This document shows positions 24,417 through 38,099 of a DNA stretch of 64,000 nucleotides, piece after piece (position 1 is the stretch's first letter; each line of letters starts with the position of its first letter). The notes beneath the pieces were generated by a model, which did not search any database, had not been told where the DNA came from, and worked only from the letters and a program-made list of their open reading frames with translations. The position numbers and the translations under genes were made by a program. This DNA comes from Octopus sinensis (lineage: Eukaryota), in contig NC_043012.1 of the NCBI RefSeq assembly GCF_006345805.1, positions 23,002,001 through 23,066,000 of the forward strand, in the 5' to 3' direction.

Positions 24417-24940
24417 CAGGGGTGGGGAAACGCTTTAGTGCGGCAAGCAAAAATTTCCAAAGAGGAAGGTCCAACAGGTGCATCACAAGTCCTAACACTT
24501 ATACCTGTGTAAATCTTGTGTACATCCAAGTATAATTTGAAATACATTAATAAAGGAAAGTTTAACACATTAAAGTAACGTGGTAACATCATTAACGCCG
24601 CCACTGAATTTATGACGCTTATATTACTTATGAGGTATTCTATATTTTTCAGCTAGAGTGTAGTTGTGTCTGAAGTGGGGTGGTACAAACCTAGCAATAG
24701 GTGTTTTATAGTGAAAACAAAATTTCCAGTCAAATGGCAATTACCGGACGATTTTCTGTTTGAGTCTAATCATTTTAAGTCTAGTGGAAATGTGACCTAT
24801 GTCGCAAAGAGGCATTTGAATATTGTATAAATTTTATAATTAAAAAAAGTGACTATATTTTGTACATACGAATAAGGCACAATAAAATGGGCTACTAACA
24901 GGGGCAATTGAGCCAGCGGGCAGGGGTTTCCCCACCCCTG
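24417..24940. mobile_element. Non-autonomous hAT DNA transposon, 524 bp
   Basis: Perfect 15-bp TIRs CAGGGGTGGGGAAAC (24417-24431 and 24926-24940). 8-bp TSD TGTTAAAC / TATTAAAC (7 of 8). No ORF. Confidence 0.88.
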
Positions 24941-26194
24941 TATTAAACAACACTTTTTTTTTTTTTAATTTTTAGAACTGCCAGGCTTAGTTATAATGAC
25001 TGAATAATAATGATACTATAGAAGAATTAATATGGAGAGGATCTGATAATCTACATGAAATTTAGTGGTTAAATAACTGTATAGGTGACACAATGCAATT
25101 TGGAAAAGAAAGAAATTTAAGATTGGGTGTGGTGCAAAAGTTGATGAAAAAGGGTAAAAGAGAGGAGTTAGTTCACCAAACACATATATTTTTATATTAG
25201 CAACCAACAAATGTTATCAAAATATATATGCGAACATAGCTACACTGGAGTGTACATATGTATGAATACAAGTATTTATGCGTGCATAAATACATATACA
25301 TGTATGTGTGTGAGAGAGTGTGTATAATATATATAAAATCACCATGCAATACTGGTGGAGCTAACAGTCATATAGACACACACACATATATTTAATATGC
25401 ATGTTTGTATGCATATATATATATGCATTATATCTTTTCATCTATCTATATATGCATCTATGTATGTATATTCATAAAAGTGTACACATGTTCAGCTATA
25501 TAGCTGTACTTTATGCACTGCATTTTACTACAGCCAAACAACAAACAATAAAATGCAGTCTTTACTGTTTTTACAAGTAGAAGTAGAAAAGTAAATTTTT
25601 ATAATTGGCAGTCCATGGTTTTGCAATAGGAGGCTGATATGTAAGGTCTATGAAATTGTCAAAAGCTGAAAGGTGAATATATTGTGTGGGAAGCATAAAA
25701 TAAAAGAAAAATAACAACAAAAAAAAAAGTATAGAGAATAGGTGAAGGGGAGGGAGGTATATATGTAGATGCAAAGATTATCCCCACAGAAGTTGGTAAC
25801 ATGCCTTTATGTTTATGAAGACAGAAGAAGAAGAAAAAGAGAGGGCAGCAGCAAAGGAAGTGCTCAAGAGAAGAAAAGAGCCGAATAAAAGCTGCTAAAG
25901 AAGACTTTTAAAAAATCAAGCTGTGGAGATCATGGTGGCGTGGACGTGGAGCGGGGGGGGGGATTATGTCTCCTTGGCACAAACACACATTTGCGCACTC
26001 ACACACACACATGCACAACATTTTGTCACTCTACACTTGTCTCTTTGCCTTCAAAACTTATTTAATACACACACACACACACACAGACACATGCATGTAA
26101 ACTAACACACATACAGGTAAACATAGAAACACACAGAAGGAAAAAGAGAAAAGCAGGATGTGTATATAAAGTATATTTATGCATAAGAGAAAGA

Positions 26195-26270
26195 AACTGA
26201 GTACATATATATATATATATGTACATATATATAATATATATATCTATATATATATGTATGTATGTATACA

Positions 26271-26307
<37 letters not shown>

Positions 26308-26332
26308 ATATATATATATGCATGTATGTATA

Positions 26333-26370
<38 letters not shown>

Positions 26371-27112
26371 ACACTTATATATATATATATATATACTATA
26401 TATATATATGCATGTATGTATACACTTATATATATATATATATATATGTATACACTTATAATATATATATATATCTATATATATATGTATGTATGTATAC
26501 ACACATATATATATATATATATATTATATATATTATATATATAATATATGTATGTATACACTTATGTGTATGTAAGTAAAGGATAGAAAAGGAGTGGTAG
26601 TATTCTATATAACTATATAATGATGTAAAACAAAAACCTAACCATGTCCCAAAATGCTAGGAGCCGAATTGCAAAGAACTCTTCAGACAATGGTAAAAAA
26701 GGGAGGGAAGCAAGCGAAAAAGAACTTAATCAATGATACCCTAACAATGATTTGAAATATTCAATAGCAAAGGAGAATGGAACATGCCACAGTTTCTGTT
26801 AGATGGTAAGATCTGGCTGGAAAACAATACTTTTGTGGAAGAAGCTGGTAGAGAACAGTGACAAACTGAGCTGAGGGGTGAAAGGAAAGAGGCCATAGTT
26901 TTAGGTACTTGTTTATTTTATTCTCGTATTTACCCACATGTGTGTGTGTGTGTGTGTGTGTGTACATTATATATATATATGTATATAAAATATATATATA
27001 TATAAAATATATATATAATATATATATATATCTATATATATATATATATATGATATATATATACATATATGTATATATGATATATATATATATACGTATA
27101 TATATATATGAT

Positions 27113-27164
<52 letters not shown>

Positions 27165-27242
27165 GTGTGTGTATATATGCACACACACACACATATTTAT
27201 ACATAATTTATATACATATATATGTCTGCAAGTTATATATAT

Positions 27243-27321
<79 letters not shown>

Positions 27322-27328
27322 GAGTGTA

Positions 27329-27362
<34 letters not shown>

Positions 27363-27430
27363 CATGTACACACACATATATACATATACATCTATATTTA
27401 TATATATGGATATACATGTAGGTGTGTGCA
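26195..27430. repeat. Long (TA)n-dominated microsatellite fields, including cryptic TATGTATACAC(T)TATA units
   Basis: Direct reading; two fields separated by unique sequence at about 26580-26935. Confidence 0.9.
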
Positions 27431-28059
27431 TATACATGATGCACACATATCTTAAATATACAATTGTTCACATGAGAAAAGTACCCTGAAATACATGCAC
27501 TTGCAATCATGTATATAAACATGCAAATGTTCACAGAAAGTATATTCCCTACCATACACATGCATATATACTGAACACACACACACACATGTACAGATTT
27601 AACATACACGTTCATATATAAACATTTAATTATTCAGCTAAAGTATAACACGTATACATAAACTTATGTGCACAGTATCAGAGAAATTGTGGACAAAGAG
27701 GAACTGGAGAAAAGAAAAGAAAAGCAAGAAAAATTTAAAAAAACAGAGCAAAAAAAAAAATGGGGCTGAATGCAAAGCTTGTGTACAGTTGGGTGGGTTT
27801 TGAAGAATTCAAAAGAAACAAGAAAAATTCTAAAAAAACACAAAGATGGATTTCATACAGAAATGATGGTTGTCAACTTACTATGAGTATATTACCAAAA
27901 GGGACACAAACATACATATACGCTTGTGTAGGCATATATATTATATATATATATATGTATATATATATATTAGTATGTATATATGTATATATATATATAT
28001 ATATATGTATGTATATATAATGTATATAATATATGTGTATATATATGTATATATGTATA

Positions 28060-28095
<36 letters not shown>

Positions 28096-30607
28096 CTATA
28101 TATATATATATATATATGTGTGTGGTGTGTGTGTGTGCATATATATGTGTGTATACACCACACAATATATATGCATGTATGAATATATATATATATTTGC
28201 CTATGTATAAATCATTGCATAACAATATAGGGATTTATATTTATTCAAAAATTACAAACTGTGAAACTATATACATCTCTTTCCTTTACAATATACATCT
28301 AAAGAATGAGAATAAAATGTAATCCTCCACCCCCTCCCCTACAACCATCACCACCAAAAAAAAGAAAAGAAGCATTTTTTTTTTTTGTGAAGTTCGTAGC
28401 CTAACATGGCACATGGAACCACATGTTATGTAAAACATACTTTGAAATGAGTAGACTAGATTGTAATATGATGTCTTTTCTATACTCATAGGAATACAAA
28501 CTTCAAAAGCAATACCCTTTACTAAAAAGAAAGAAAATGGCACCATACTGTGTATGCAAAGCAAAGCCTAAGCATTAAGCCCTCAACCAAAAATTTAAGA
28601 TTCCAGATTTTCTGTGACATGTATATGATGTTTATCTCATCCATTATTTCTTCATTCTATTCGAGAATTTTGCTTTTACAATATTTGTAACAAAATTCAA
28701 ATCGTTATCCAAAACTCAGGAAACACTTATAATTTAGAATTCATCATGTAATCTGAGACTTAATGAAAAGTAGACGACAAATAATTCAAAATTCTCCTAA
28801 TTTTTAAACTCTGAAATATAAGAGAAACCTAATTCTTTCAAATAAGCAACAAGACAGCTGAAAACTTCAATTTTAAATTAAAACATCATTTAAGAAATAT
28901 TAATGGCCATGAATTTAAATGATGAATTTATGTTGTATGGCATTTGATATACCTGTATTTGTCTATGTTGTTCAAATACATGCTATGGCCAGTCTTATTT
29001 CTCTTAGTTCCTTATTGATTAAATTATGCAAATATGATCTGCTATTTTTTCTTTGGTTTAAGTGTAAGTCTTTTGGCTACCTGAGGTAAGGTTGGACGAT
29101 TGTCATATTGATGACAGTTATTGAACCAGAAACACCTGTCCACAACTGTCCTCTTATCTCCAGAATTCTCAAATTCTTCTTATAAGTAATGTATTGCTTT
29201 CTTTTTGTTGTTGTTTTGTAATTTTTTCAAATTAATTAAATTTTCATAGAATTATTAGTTTAGTGAAACCAGTGGCATAGCAAGGGTTCTTAGTACTAAG
29301 TGATAAAGATAGCTCTAGCACCTGTCTTAACAGGTATAGTAAGCAAAAGGAAAACATTTTGTAACCCTTCACATTTTCATCTAAAGAAGAGAGGAGGGTT
29401 TTGTTCCAACTTTGTTTCCAACACTCTTTAGCCTCTGACTGAATTCAAGACACTGGAACTTCTGGCATACAAGTAAAAATTTTGAGGCCAAAATTTACAG
29501 CCAAAAAAGGTAGGTTGACTTCTACCGTAAGATGACTTTACAAGACCAAAAATTCCATGGGACATGCAGCATGATTTAGAAAGATCATGACAATGATTTA
29601 CATAGTTATACTGTATACTACAGTGACTTATGTGTTGGAAAATATGGTACCAATTCCACTACATGATGGAAAAAGAAAATATACATAAATGACCATAAAC
29701 ATTTGTGCCAAAAACAGAAAACAGGAAAATGTCCAAAATTGCAGAATTATTCAACTGAAGCTAGCATTGATAACAAACATTTAGAGGAGGAAAAAAAATA
29801 CCAAGAATTGCTTCTACTTTCTTAGCTCAATGGACAAATAATTGACTAAAAACTAATCCACAGTGACATTCCATTATTAGTTGCTGATACCAACTCATTT
29901 TGGCACACAACAAATGCAGTTCATAAAAGACATTCCTTCAATAATGAATGTGAGGAACATCATAGGATGGAAATTGACAACCAATAAGGATGTAGAAGAA
30001 AACTTTGGAACATTTGAAGAACTTAATCAGGTCTGTCTGTCTGTACGAGAAAATGAAGTGAAAGTACTGTATCTTCAAACACAAAAATGGTATTTCTCTC
30101 AAGTGATCAGAAGATAAAGATAATTCTTTTTAGGGGAAAAAAAGAAAAAAAAAAAACCAAGAAATTTCAAACAAAACTTATAGATATTAAAGCCATCAAA
30201 CTTAGAAACCCAAAATTAGCAAAAATCAAAGCTAAGTTGCTAATGGCCATGGAAATTGTGGTAGCAATTAGAGTGGCCTGATAATGGTATGAAGAATGGT
30301 AGAAGAGGTTATGATGAGGTTATACAAGCAATAATGGTGGATTGGCGCTGATATTAATGGTGTATGACAAAGTTTTGGATATTAATAGGTTTTAGTGGTT
30401 GGACAGATTTTGAATCGTGAGTGGCTGTAGTTTGAGGTGTTGACAATAGATATCAAGATGTAGTTAGTACCAAGAGAAGAAAAGGTAATAGACAGTGATA
30501 TTATCAGTACAGAAATACTGATATATTATACAAAGACCCTGATTAGGGGTCAATTTCTACCCAACATTTCTCATTCCTTTGTGGTGTGTCAATATTCAGA
30601 TCCTAAA

Positions 30608-31183
30608 CAGCGGTGAGCTGGCAGAAACGGTAGCACGCCGGGCAAAATGCGTAGCCATATTTCATCTGCCATTACGTTCTGAGTTCAAATTCCGCCGAGG
30701 TTGACTTTGCCTTTCATCCTTTCGGGGTTGATTAAATAAGTACCAGTTACGCACTGGGGTCGATATAATCGACTTAATCTGTTTGTCCTTCTTTGTCCTC
30801 TCTGTGTTTAGCCCCTTGTGGGTAGTAAAGAAATAGGTATTTCATCTGCCGCTACTACCTGAGATCAAATTCCGCCGAGATCGACTTTGTCTTTCATCCT
30901 TTCGGAGTCGATTAAATAAGTACCAGTTACGCACTGGGGTCAAAATAATCGACTTAATCCGTTTGTCCTTGTTTGTCCTCTCTGTGTTTAGCCCCTTGTG
31001 GGTAGTAAAGAAATAGGTATTTTGTCTGTCTTTATGTTCTGGGTTCATATTCCACCGAGGTTGACTTTGCTTTTCATCCTTTCGGGGTCAATAAATTAAG
31101 TACCAGTTGTGTACTGGGGTCAATCTAACCGACTGGCCCCCTCCCTCAAAATTTCAGGACTTGTGCCTAGAGTAGAAAAGAAT
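30608..31183 (+). mobile_element. Head-to-tail SINE A trimer (A1-A1-A2), 180-bp period
   Basis: One head, then three bodies aligning at an exact 180-bp offset (30661, 30841, 31021). Confidence 0.92.
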
Positions 31184-31344
31184 ATTCAGGTCCTAATGGT
31201 TGCAAGATTTAAGAAGGGCACTCTACTACTACTACTACCTGCCACCACCCCTCCCCCACATATTAATAAAATGATATAAATTAAATGCTCTTAAAATACA
31301 GTTCTCTCCTCATTCTGTTATCTCGGTCTCTAATACATCAAAAA

Positions 31345-31535
31345 AACCACCATTATCATTGGCATCAGGAAGAGCCTCTGGTTGTAGGAACCATGCAAAA
31401 ACAGTAAAACAGACACTGGCACAAGGTGCAGTTCTCTGATTTGCCATCTCCTGCTGGATCCCCCAACTCATACCAGCATGGAAAGCGAACATTAAATAAA
31501 TGAGAATAATGATGATGGTGATGATGTTGATGATG
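31345..31535 (+). mobile_element. RTE-type 3' end, old
   Basis: TTGGCATCAGGAAGAGC..CCAGCATGGAAAGCGAACATTAAA. Confidence 0.7.
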
Positions 31536-31684
31536 ATTAGGAGTACTACAGCCTTTACACAAACATTTTGTTGAAATGATTTCAATTGGATATGTTATGA
31601 GAATATCATATAATTCAATAATAATACAAAATAAATACAATAGTAATATAATAAAGAAAAAGAAAACAGAGAAGTATAATCGTA

Positions 31685-31703
31685 ATATTATGATAATAAC
31701 AAC

Positions 31704-31743
<40 letters not shown>

Positions 31744-31799
31744 TAATAATAATAATAATAATAATAATATGATAATAATAATAATAATAATAATAATAA

Positions 31800-31846
<47 letters not shown>

Positions 31847-31865
31847 TAATAATAATAATAATAAG
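31685..31865. repeat. Long (AAT)n microsatellite
   Basis: Direct reading. Confidence 0.95.
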
Positions 31866-32004
31866 ATGATGACATAATATGACACAATATAATATATAAC
31901 CAGTTTTGTTAAACAAGGTTTAACGTTATTTGCTTCAATTATTGAAATAGATTTAATGTTAGTTTTTCTGTGAGAATTGTAGGTATTTACTAGGATACAA
32001 ACTG

Positions 32005-32258
32005 CAGCATCATCATCATCATCATTATTGCTTCCATCACCTTCATCAAGATGATGACCGCAACCACAATGACAACCACCAGCATTGCTGCTGTTGTTGT
32101 TGTTGTTGCTCTCAATATAATGGTAAGGTGGTCATCATTGTCATCACCAGCAGCAGCAGCACTCTCATCATCATCATCGTCTTCATTAAGATGACCATCA
32201 TCATCATCGTCATCATCACCAATATCATTGCTCCCATCATCATTATTATTGTCATTGC

Positions 32259-32331
<73 letters not shown>

Positions 32332-32520
32332 GCAAAAACTGTTGCTCTTGTCCTCCACTTCATTATCATCATCCTTGTCTTTGTCATCATCTTCATCAAG
32401 ATGATCGTCATCACCATCAACCCTACAACCATCACCACCACCACCACCACCACCACCACCACTAACCATCATCATCAACATCAACATCATTGGCATCAAT
32501 AGCAGAAGCAACAATGACAA
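32005..32520. repeat. (CAT)n/(CAC)n/(TGT)n trinucleotide low-complexity block
   Basis: Direct reading; explains the poly-D, poly-M and poly-I ORFs. Confidence 0.9.
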
Positions 32521-32789
32521 TTGTAACAATAGCAACGTTAATGTGCCAGTATTTACAATATAGCTTAAGTTAAGTTCTATTTTCTAAATCCAAAAGTCAA
32601 GTAGATTGGCAAAGAAGAGAGAAGCTACTGAAGATGATAACAATCTATAATCTCATCACAAAAATGCCAGCCGCCATATTGTTACACTTTATTTATTCAT
32701 ATATTTTATTTATTTATTTATTCACTTATTTATTTTCCAAATAAGAAACAGAAATTAAGATCATTCATTTCACTCTAAAACAGATTTAG

Positions 32790-32875
32790 AAAGTCTGAAA
32801 ACTGAAAAATAAAAATCACATATATATATATATATGTGTGTGTGTGTGATTTTTATTTTTCAGTTTTCAGACTTT
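32790..32875. repeat. Perfect 31-bp inverted repeat around a (TA)(TG) core
   Basis: AAAGTCTGAAAACTGAAAAATAAAAATCACA (32790-32820) and its exact reverse complement (32845-32875). Confidence 0.95.
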
Positions 32876-32877
32876 TT

Positions 32878-32910
<33 letters not shown>

Positions 32911-34706
32911 GTGTATATATGTATATATATGAAATATAAAATCTATTTTTTAAAAAATGAGAGGGAATGTGAGGAAGATAGATAAAGAAGAAGAAGTACA
33001 AAATAAATTTACAAATATCAAATTCTTGCAAAAGAAAGGGAAAAAAAAAGAAGAGAAAACTGATGGCTAGAATGAAATATCTTTCGTTGCTGTTGCACTG
33101 AAATGTAACTAAAATGACGTTATTGTTAACTGTAGGGTCATCACTGGAGCAAACTTTGGAGAGAGTTGAAAAAATAACATGGGCAAAAAAAAACAAAAAA
33201 AAAAACTTAAAAAGCACCCAAAAAACAATGAACAAATTTTGGGAAAAGGAAAAAGAAATAAAAAAAAACATGCTTATCATAACTGGCACTTCCGATTACA
33301 AGAGAATGTAAATAAATTTATTTGGCTATTTTCCAGAATCATTCTTTGAATTTTTGTAGAATGCACAATTTCATTAGTAACCCTATTAGCCAGTTTTGGT
33401 CTATTTAGATCATTTCTCCCTCATTTCATTTTTCTCCGTTTTCAGGGTGGTATTTTTTAATTATATATTTATATATAATATTTGTGTGGTGTGTGTGTAT
33501 ACTTTTGGATGTGTGTGAGTGTGTGTGGTTGTTTTTTTTTTCTTTCTGTGTGTGTGTCTGTGTGCATATATGTGAGCTGGTTGGTTGTTGTTTTCCTTCA
33601 CAACCTTTCAACCCTCACCGGTTTTAGAGGTTATATTCTACACACAGCATAGGCATAGCATAAAATAAATGTTTATTCAGCATAGACATTTTAAGTTGTA
33701 CACAGTGTGCAGCAGGAGTAGTGAAGATTAACGGAACGCCAAGTCCAGCATGAAATGAGGTTTACTCACCATACAACAGATCAAAATCAATCAGTTTTTC
33801 AATTAAAACTCCACCCGCCCTCGTTCATATACAACACATCATATCTACACTTCCAACAAGAAAATTCACTCCCACCACCACCACCACCACCACCATCACC
33901 ACCAACACCAACACCATGGCCAGTGCAGCAGCATCATAGCTATAGCTTCAACAATCAACTTTAAATTTACCAACATCTCAACTATGCCAAGCCACCAACC
34001 ACCATCATCATCATCATCATCATCAACACCACCAATAATAACAACAGCAACAACACCATCTCTCTAGTCACCATTACTCACTCCCTTGCATATCTTCAGC
34101 TCCAACCAGAAAATCTCTCTCTCTCTCTCTCGCTCGTTTACTCTCTCTTCTTCACCAACCTCCACATCATTTTTCATATCTGTTCTGACAAAACTTCAAC
34201 CCCTTCCATAAAATTATGTCTACAGCCCCCATCTTTGAACAGCGATTCCCATCAAACCTTTGCAGTACATTTTAATGGTTGAAATGCAATTTTCATATTC
34301 ATGATGAAATAACATGGCTATTTTAAAAATCACATATAAATAGTGCTCAGAGGGGAATGGCAGGGGGAGGGGATGGAGGATGGAGGAGGGGGAGAAGAAG
34401 GGGGGATGGGTCAAGTGTTGTTGTTGTTGTTGTTGTTGTTGTTATTTCATAGAACTATTTCTGTGTTTATTTATTTTCACATTTTTAATCGTTTTTTTTC
34501 TTCTTTTTTCTTTTAATACATGGTGAACACCGATAGAATCTCTTCAATTTTAAAAAAGAACTGATAAGAGAAATTTCAAGCAATCCTACTTAAACAGTTA
34601 TCAGCTATTATGAATTAAAGCTTCCACTTAAGTCTATGGGTTTCCTTACTACTCTGTTGCTTGCTTGCTTTCTGACTTTTTTCCTTTTTATTTTGCGCAC
34701 GCTTGC

Positions 34707-34782
<76 letters not shown>

Positions 34783-34784
34783 GT

Positions 34785-34847
<63 letters not shown>

Positions 34848-35848
34848 TCGTTTTGTTTTGTACACTTCCTTTGAATTTTTTTCTGGTTTTTTTTTTTCAT
34901 AATTTCTTAAATCCACTAAACTGTCATGTCGGCAATCATATGTGTGAAAACTTGACTGATATTAATAAAAGGTTGTTTATACTAAAAACAACAGAAAAAA
35001 AACCCCACAAAAACAACAGCAACAGCAAAAAAAGCAAAAACTGAACAAAACAACAGAAACGGTAAGGTATTTTGTGCAAACAATCTTGTTATTACTTTTG
35101 CCTTCCCCAAGAATCCTTTCTACAATTCAAAGCCAATGTCTTGTGAAAATTCTTGAAGAATCTCTCCCTCAATTTAAACAATTTTCAAGTATAGTCAAAT
35201 TAATCTAAATAACCTTAGGTGCCTTGAGAAAACACAAAAGAGGCATTACATTAGGGAAGAACAACTAAGCGTGTCTGAGTTATTATGTATGCAGTGAGAA
35301 ATATATATATGTGTGTGTGAATGTATGCATATTTTTATGGAAAATATATATATATGTGCATGCATACATATAGATATAAATATATATGCCTACACACACA
35401 CACACACACACATGTATGTATATATATATATATATAGTTTGCAAGTGGTTTGTGTATTTGTATTTCATTGTTGTCATTGTTATCGTATATATATGTATAT
35501 GTATTGCATATACATGTTGTATATATATTGTGTGTATATAAATATATATATATATATATATATTGTATATACATGTATGTATGGTAATTACATAAATATA
35601 TCATAGTTCAGATCAGAAGAGCAATTATTGTTAGTTTCACATCCAGGTGTAAGAACTTGAAAAATTATCAAATAACTTGGGCTACACACACACATATAAA
35701 TGTGTGTGTGGATGTGGATGCATGTGCATAGAAGATGACTCAGAAGTCTCTTTAGCATTTAAATGATACATATTTTTTTGTATTTATTTTACAACTATTT
35801 TGTTTTTATATATTTTCATTAAGATTATTGCCTACTTTGTAAATCTTT

Positions 35849-35883
<35 letters not shown>

Positions 35884-35886
<3 letters not shown>

Positions 35887-36299
35887 TTTTACTCTTTTAC
35901 TTGTTTCAGTCATTTGACTGCGGCCATGCTGGAGCACCGCCTTTTAGTCGAGCAAATCAACCCCGGGACTTATTCTTTGGAAGCCCAGTAGTTAATCTAT
36001 CGGTCTCTGTTGCCGAACCGCTAAGTGACAGGGACATAAACACACCAGCATTGGTTGTCAAGCAATGCTAGGGGGACAAACACAGACAAACATACATGCT
36101 CACACACATATATATATATATATATATATACATATATACCACAGGCTTCTTTCAGTTTCCGTCTACCAAATCCACTCACAAGGCATTGGTCGGCCCGAGG
36201 CTATAGCAGAAGAAACTTGCCCAAGATGCCACACAGTGGGACTGAACCCGGAACCATGTGGTTGGTAAGCAAGCTACTTACCACACAGCCACTCCTGCG

Positions 36300-36302
<3 letters not shown>
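35884..36302 (-). mobile_element. SINE family B, young full-length copy in a (TA)n run
   Basis: Reverse complement of 14775-15185, with (TA)n on both sides. Confidence 0.93.
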
Positions 36303-36340
<38 letters not shown>

Positions 36341-36348
36341 ATATATAC

Positions 36349-37331
36349 ATTTTGCTGTGTCTAGGGCAAGTCATTACACCAATATTAATAACACACACAC
36401 TGGTTTAATTCAACTCTTTTATTATTAAACAATTGGTTAAATATAAATTTAACTAAGTAATCAATTGTTTGTTTAATTTGTTGGTTAAACAGTCGGTTGT
36501 CTGTTTTTTTTTTTTGTTCTATTTGTCAAAGCACTTTCATTGCCATTTGTAACAATTTCAATGACTTTTCTCTTAGTCTGATACAGAGGCTGTGTTTATC
36601 TTCCTGAGACCTTGTTGAATATCTTAGGTGTGTGTGTGTGTGTGTGTGATTATCTGCATGCATATGTGTGTGTGTTATTGTGCGTATGACTGTGTTTTCT
36701 TGTGATTGTGTGCATGCCTATATGTGTGTGTATGTGTGTGTATGTACATATGTATTCTGTGCATGTGTGTGTGTGTACTCCTCCAGCCATGTGTGTTCAT
36801 GCCTGTGTGTTTGTGTATGTATGTATGTGTCTGTGTACTTCTTACATGTGTGTGCATGCTTGTGTCTGAGCATTTGTGTGTGTGCATCTGTGTTTATGTG
36901 TGTGTGTATGTATGGTGTGAGTATGCTTTGTGTATATATATGTGTGTGTACTTATGCAAGTATGTGTATGCATTTACACACGTACACACACAAATAATTA
37001 CACACACACCTACCATATTCTACACATATACAAGCAAGAAAGTCTGAGACAAATGTGATCTTCATAACACTCTAAGACAGAAATCATTGAAAAGGTGGCA
37101 AATGGAAAAGAAGGTTTGATGAATAAAACAAAAACAAAACAAACAACTGACTGTTTAACCAACAAGTTAATAGATGATCAATTAGTTAGTAGACTAGAAT
37201 GACTAATAATAAAGTTAGTTAATAATAAAGATTAGTTAGTTGACTAATTGACTACTAATAAAAAAGTGGAATTGAACCAGTGTGTATGTTATTAATATTG
37301 GTGTAATGACCCTCCCCAGACACAACAAAAT
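36349..37331. repeat. Large imperfect inverted repeat (foldback-like), arms about 36349-36577 and 37072-37331
   Basis: For example GTCATTACACCAATATTAATAACA.ACACACTGGTT versus its reverse complement at 37275-37310, and TTGTTGGTTAAACAGTC versus GACTGTTTAACCAACAA. Confidence 0.8.
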
Positions 37332-37432
37332 TTGTTTCAACACACAAATTCACATAAAGAATCTTGAAAACCAAATACAAAAGTGAAGTATTTGTATACA
37401 TACGCTTATATACACACACACATATATATATA

Positions 37433-37580
37433 CATCATCATCATCATCATCGTTTAACATCTGCTCTCCATGCTGGCATGGATTAGACAGTTTGACTTGG
37501 GCTGATGAGCTAGAGAGCTGCACCAGGTTCCAGTCGAATTTAGCATGGTTTCTACAGCTGGATGCCCTTCCTAACACCAA
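37433..37580 (-). mobile_element. RTE 3' end fragment
   Basis: (CAT)n, GTTTCTACAGCTGGATGCCCTTCCTAACACCAA. Confidence 0.85.
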
Positions 37581-38099
37581 AAAGTCATTATCAAAACAGG
37601 AGAGGATATTTATTGTTTCGAAAATTGCAGAATATGATGGGAAACTTACTCTCATGATTGACATGTTGACCTCACTAGCACAGATGCCTGCTAAGAAAAA
37701 AAAGCACCCAGTGCACAGGAAGGGTACCTGGCTGTAGAAACCATTCTAAAGCAGGCACTGGAGCAAGGTGTAATATGCATGTGTAATATGCATATATGCA
37801 ATGGCACCGATATATGTACACTGACAACTTGTAACTTGAAAACATTTCAAACATTTGAAGACGCTTAAATGACCAACTACAAACTTTAAAAAACAACCCT
37901 AGGGACTTCCATATTTATTTAAGTAATTTTTCTTTCATTTACTCTCACAATGAAATCCCAGAATAAGATTACCCAAAAGGTAAGAAGCAAAAGTGAATGA
38001 TTCTAAGATGAATAGGTAAGCATTTTACCTATTGTATACCCGACTGGTAGCGAAGGTGCAGAGTTTAGTATTTAGGGCATTCAGCTCATTATCATAGTG

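Noticed and set aside
25917-25939. Perfect Kozak GCCACCATGA on the minus strand
   Set aside because: It opens only MISTA*, and there is no supporting exon structure.
26179-28322. Numerous long YIYI/ICVC-rich ORFs (also 20.5-21.4, 34.6-35.6, 42.9-44.6, 49.6-50.2 and 57.7-58.3 kb)
   Set aside because: These are translations of (TA)n, (CA)n and (TG)n microsatellites, which lack stop codons.
29270-29286. CAGTGGCATAGCAAGGG, resembling a hAT left end
   Set aside because: No matching right TIR or TSD was found nearby.
29881-30117. 78-aa ORF with a possible donor CAG|GTCTGT
   Set aside because: The splice sites are weak and there is no recognisable domain or codon signal.
31365-32535. Poly-I/L/Y and poly-D/M ORFs
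   Set aside because: They come from trinucleotide microsatellites, with no splice context or unique coding flanks.
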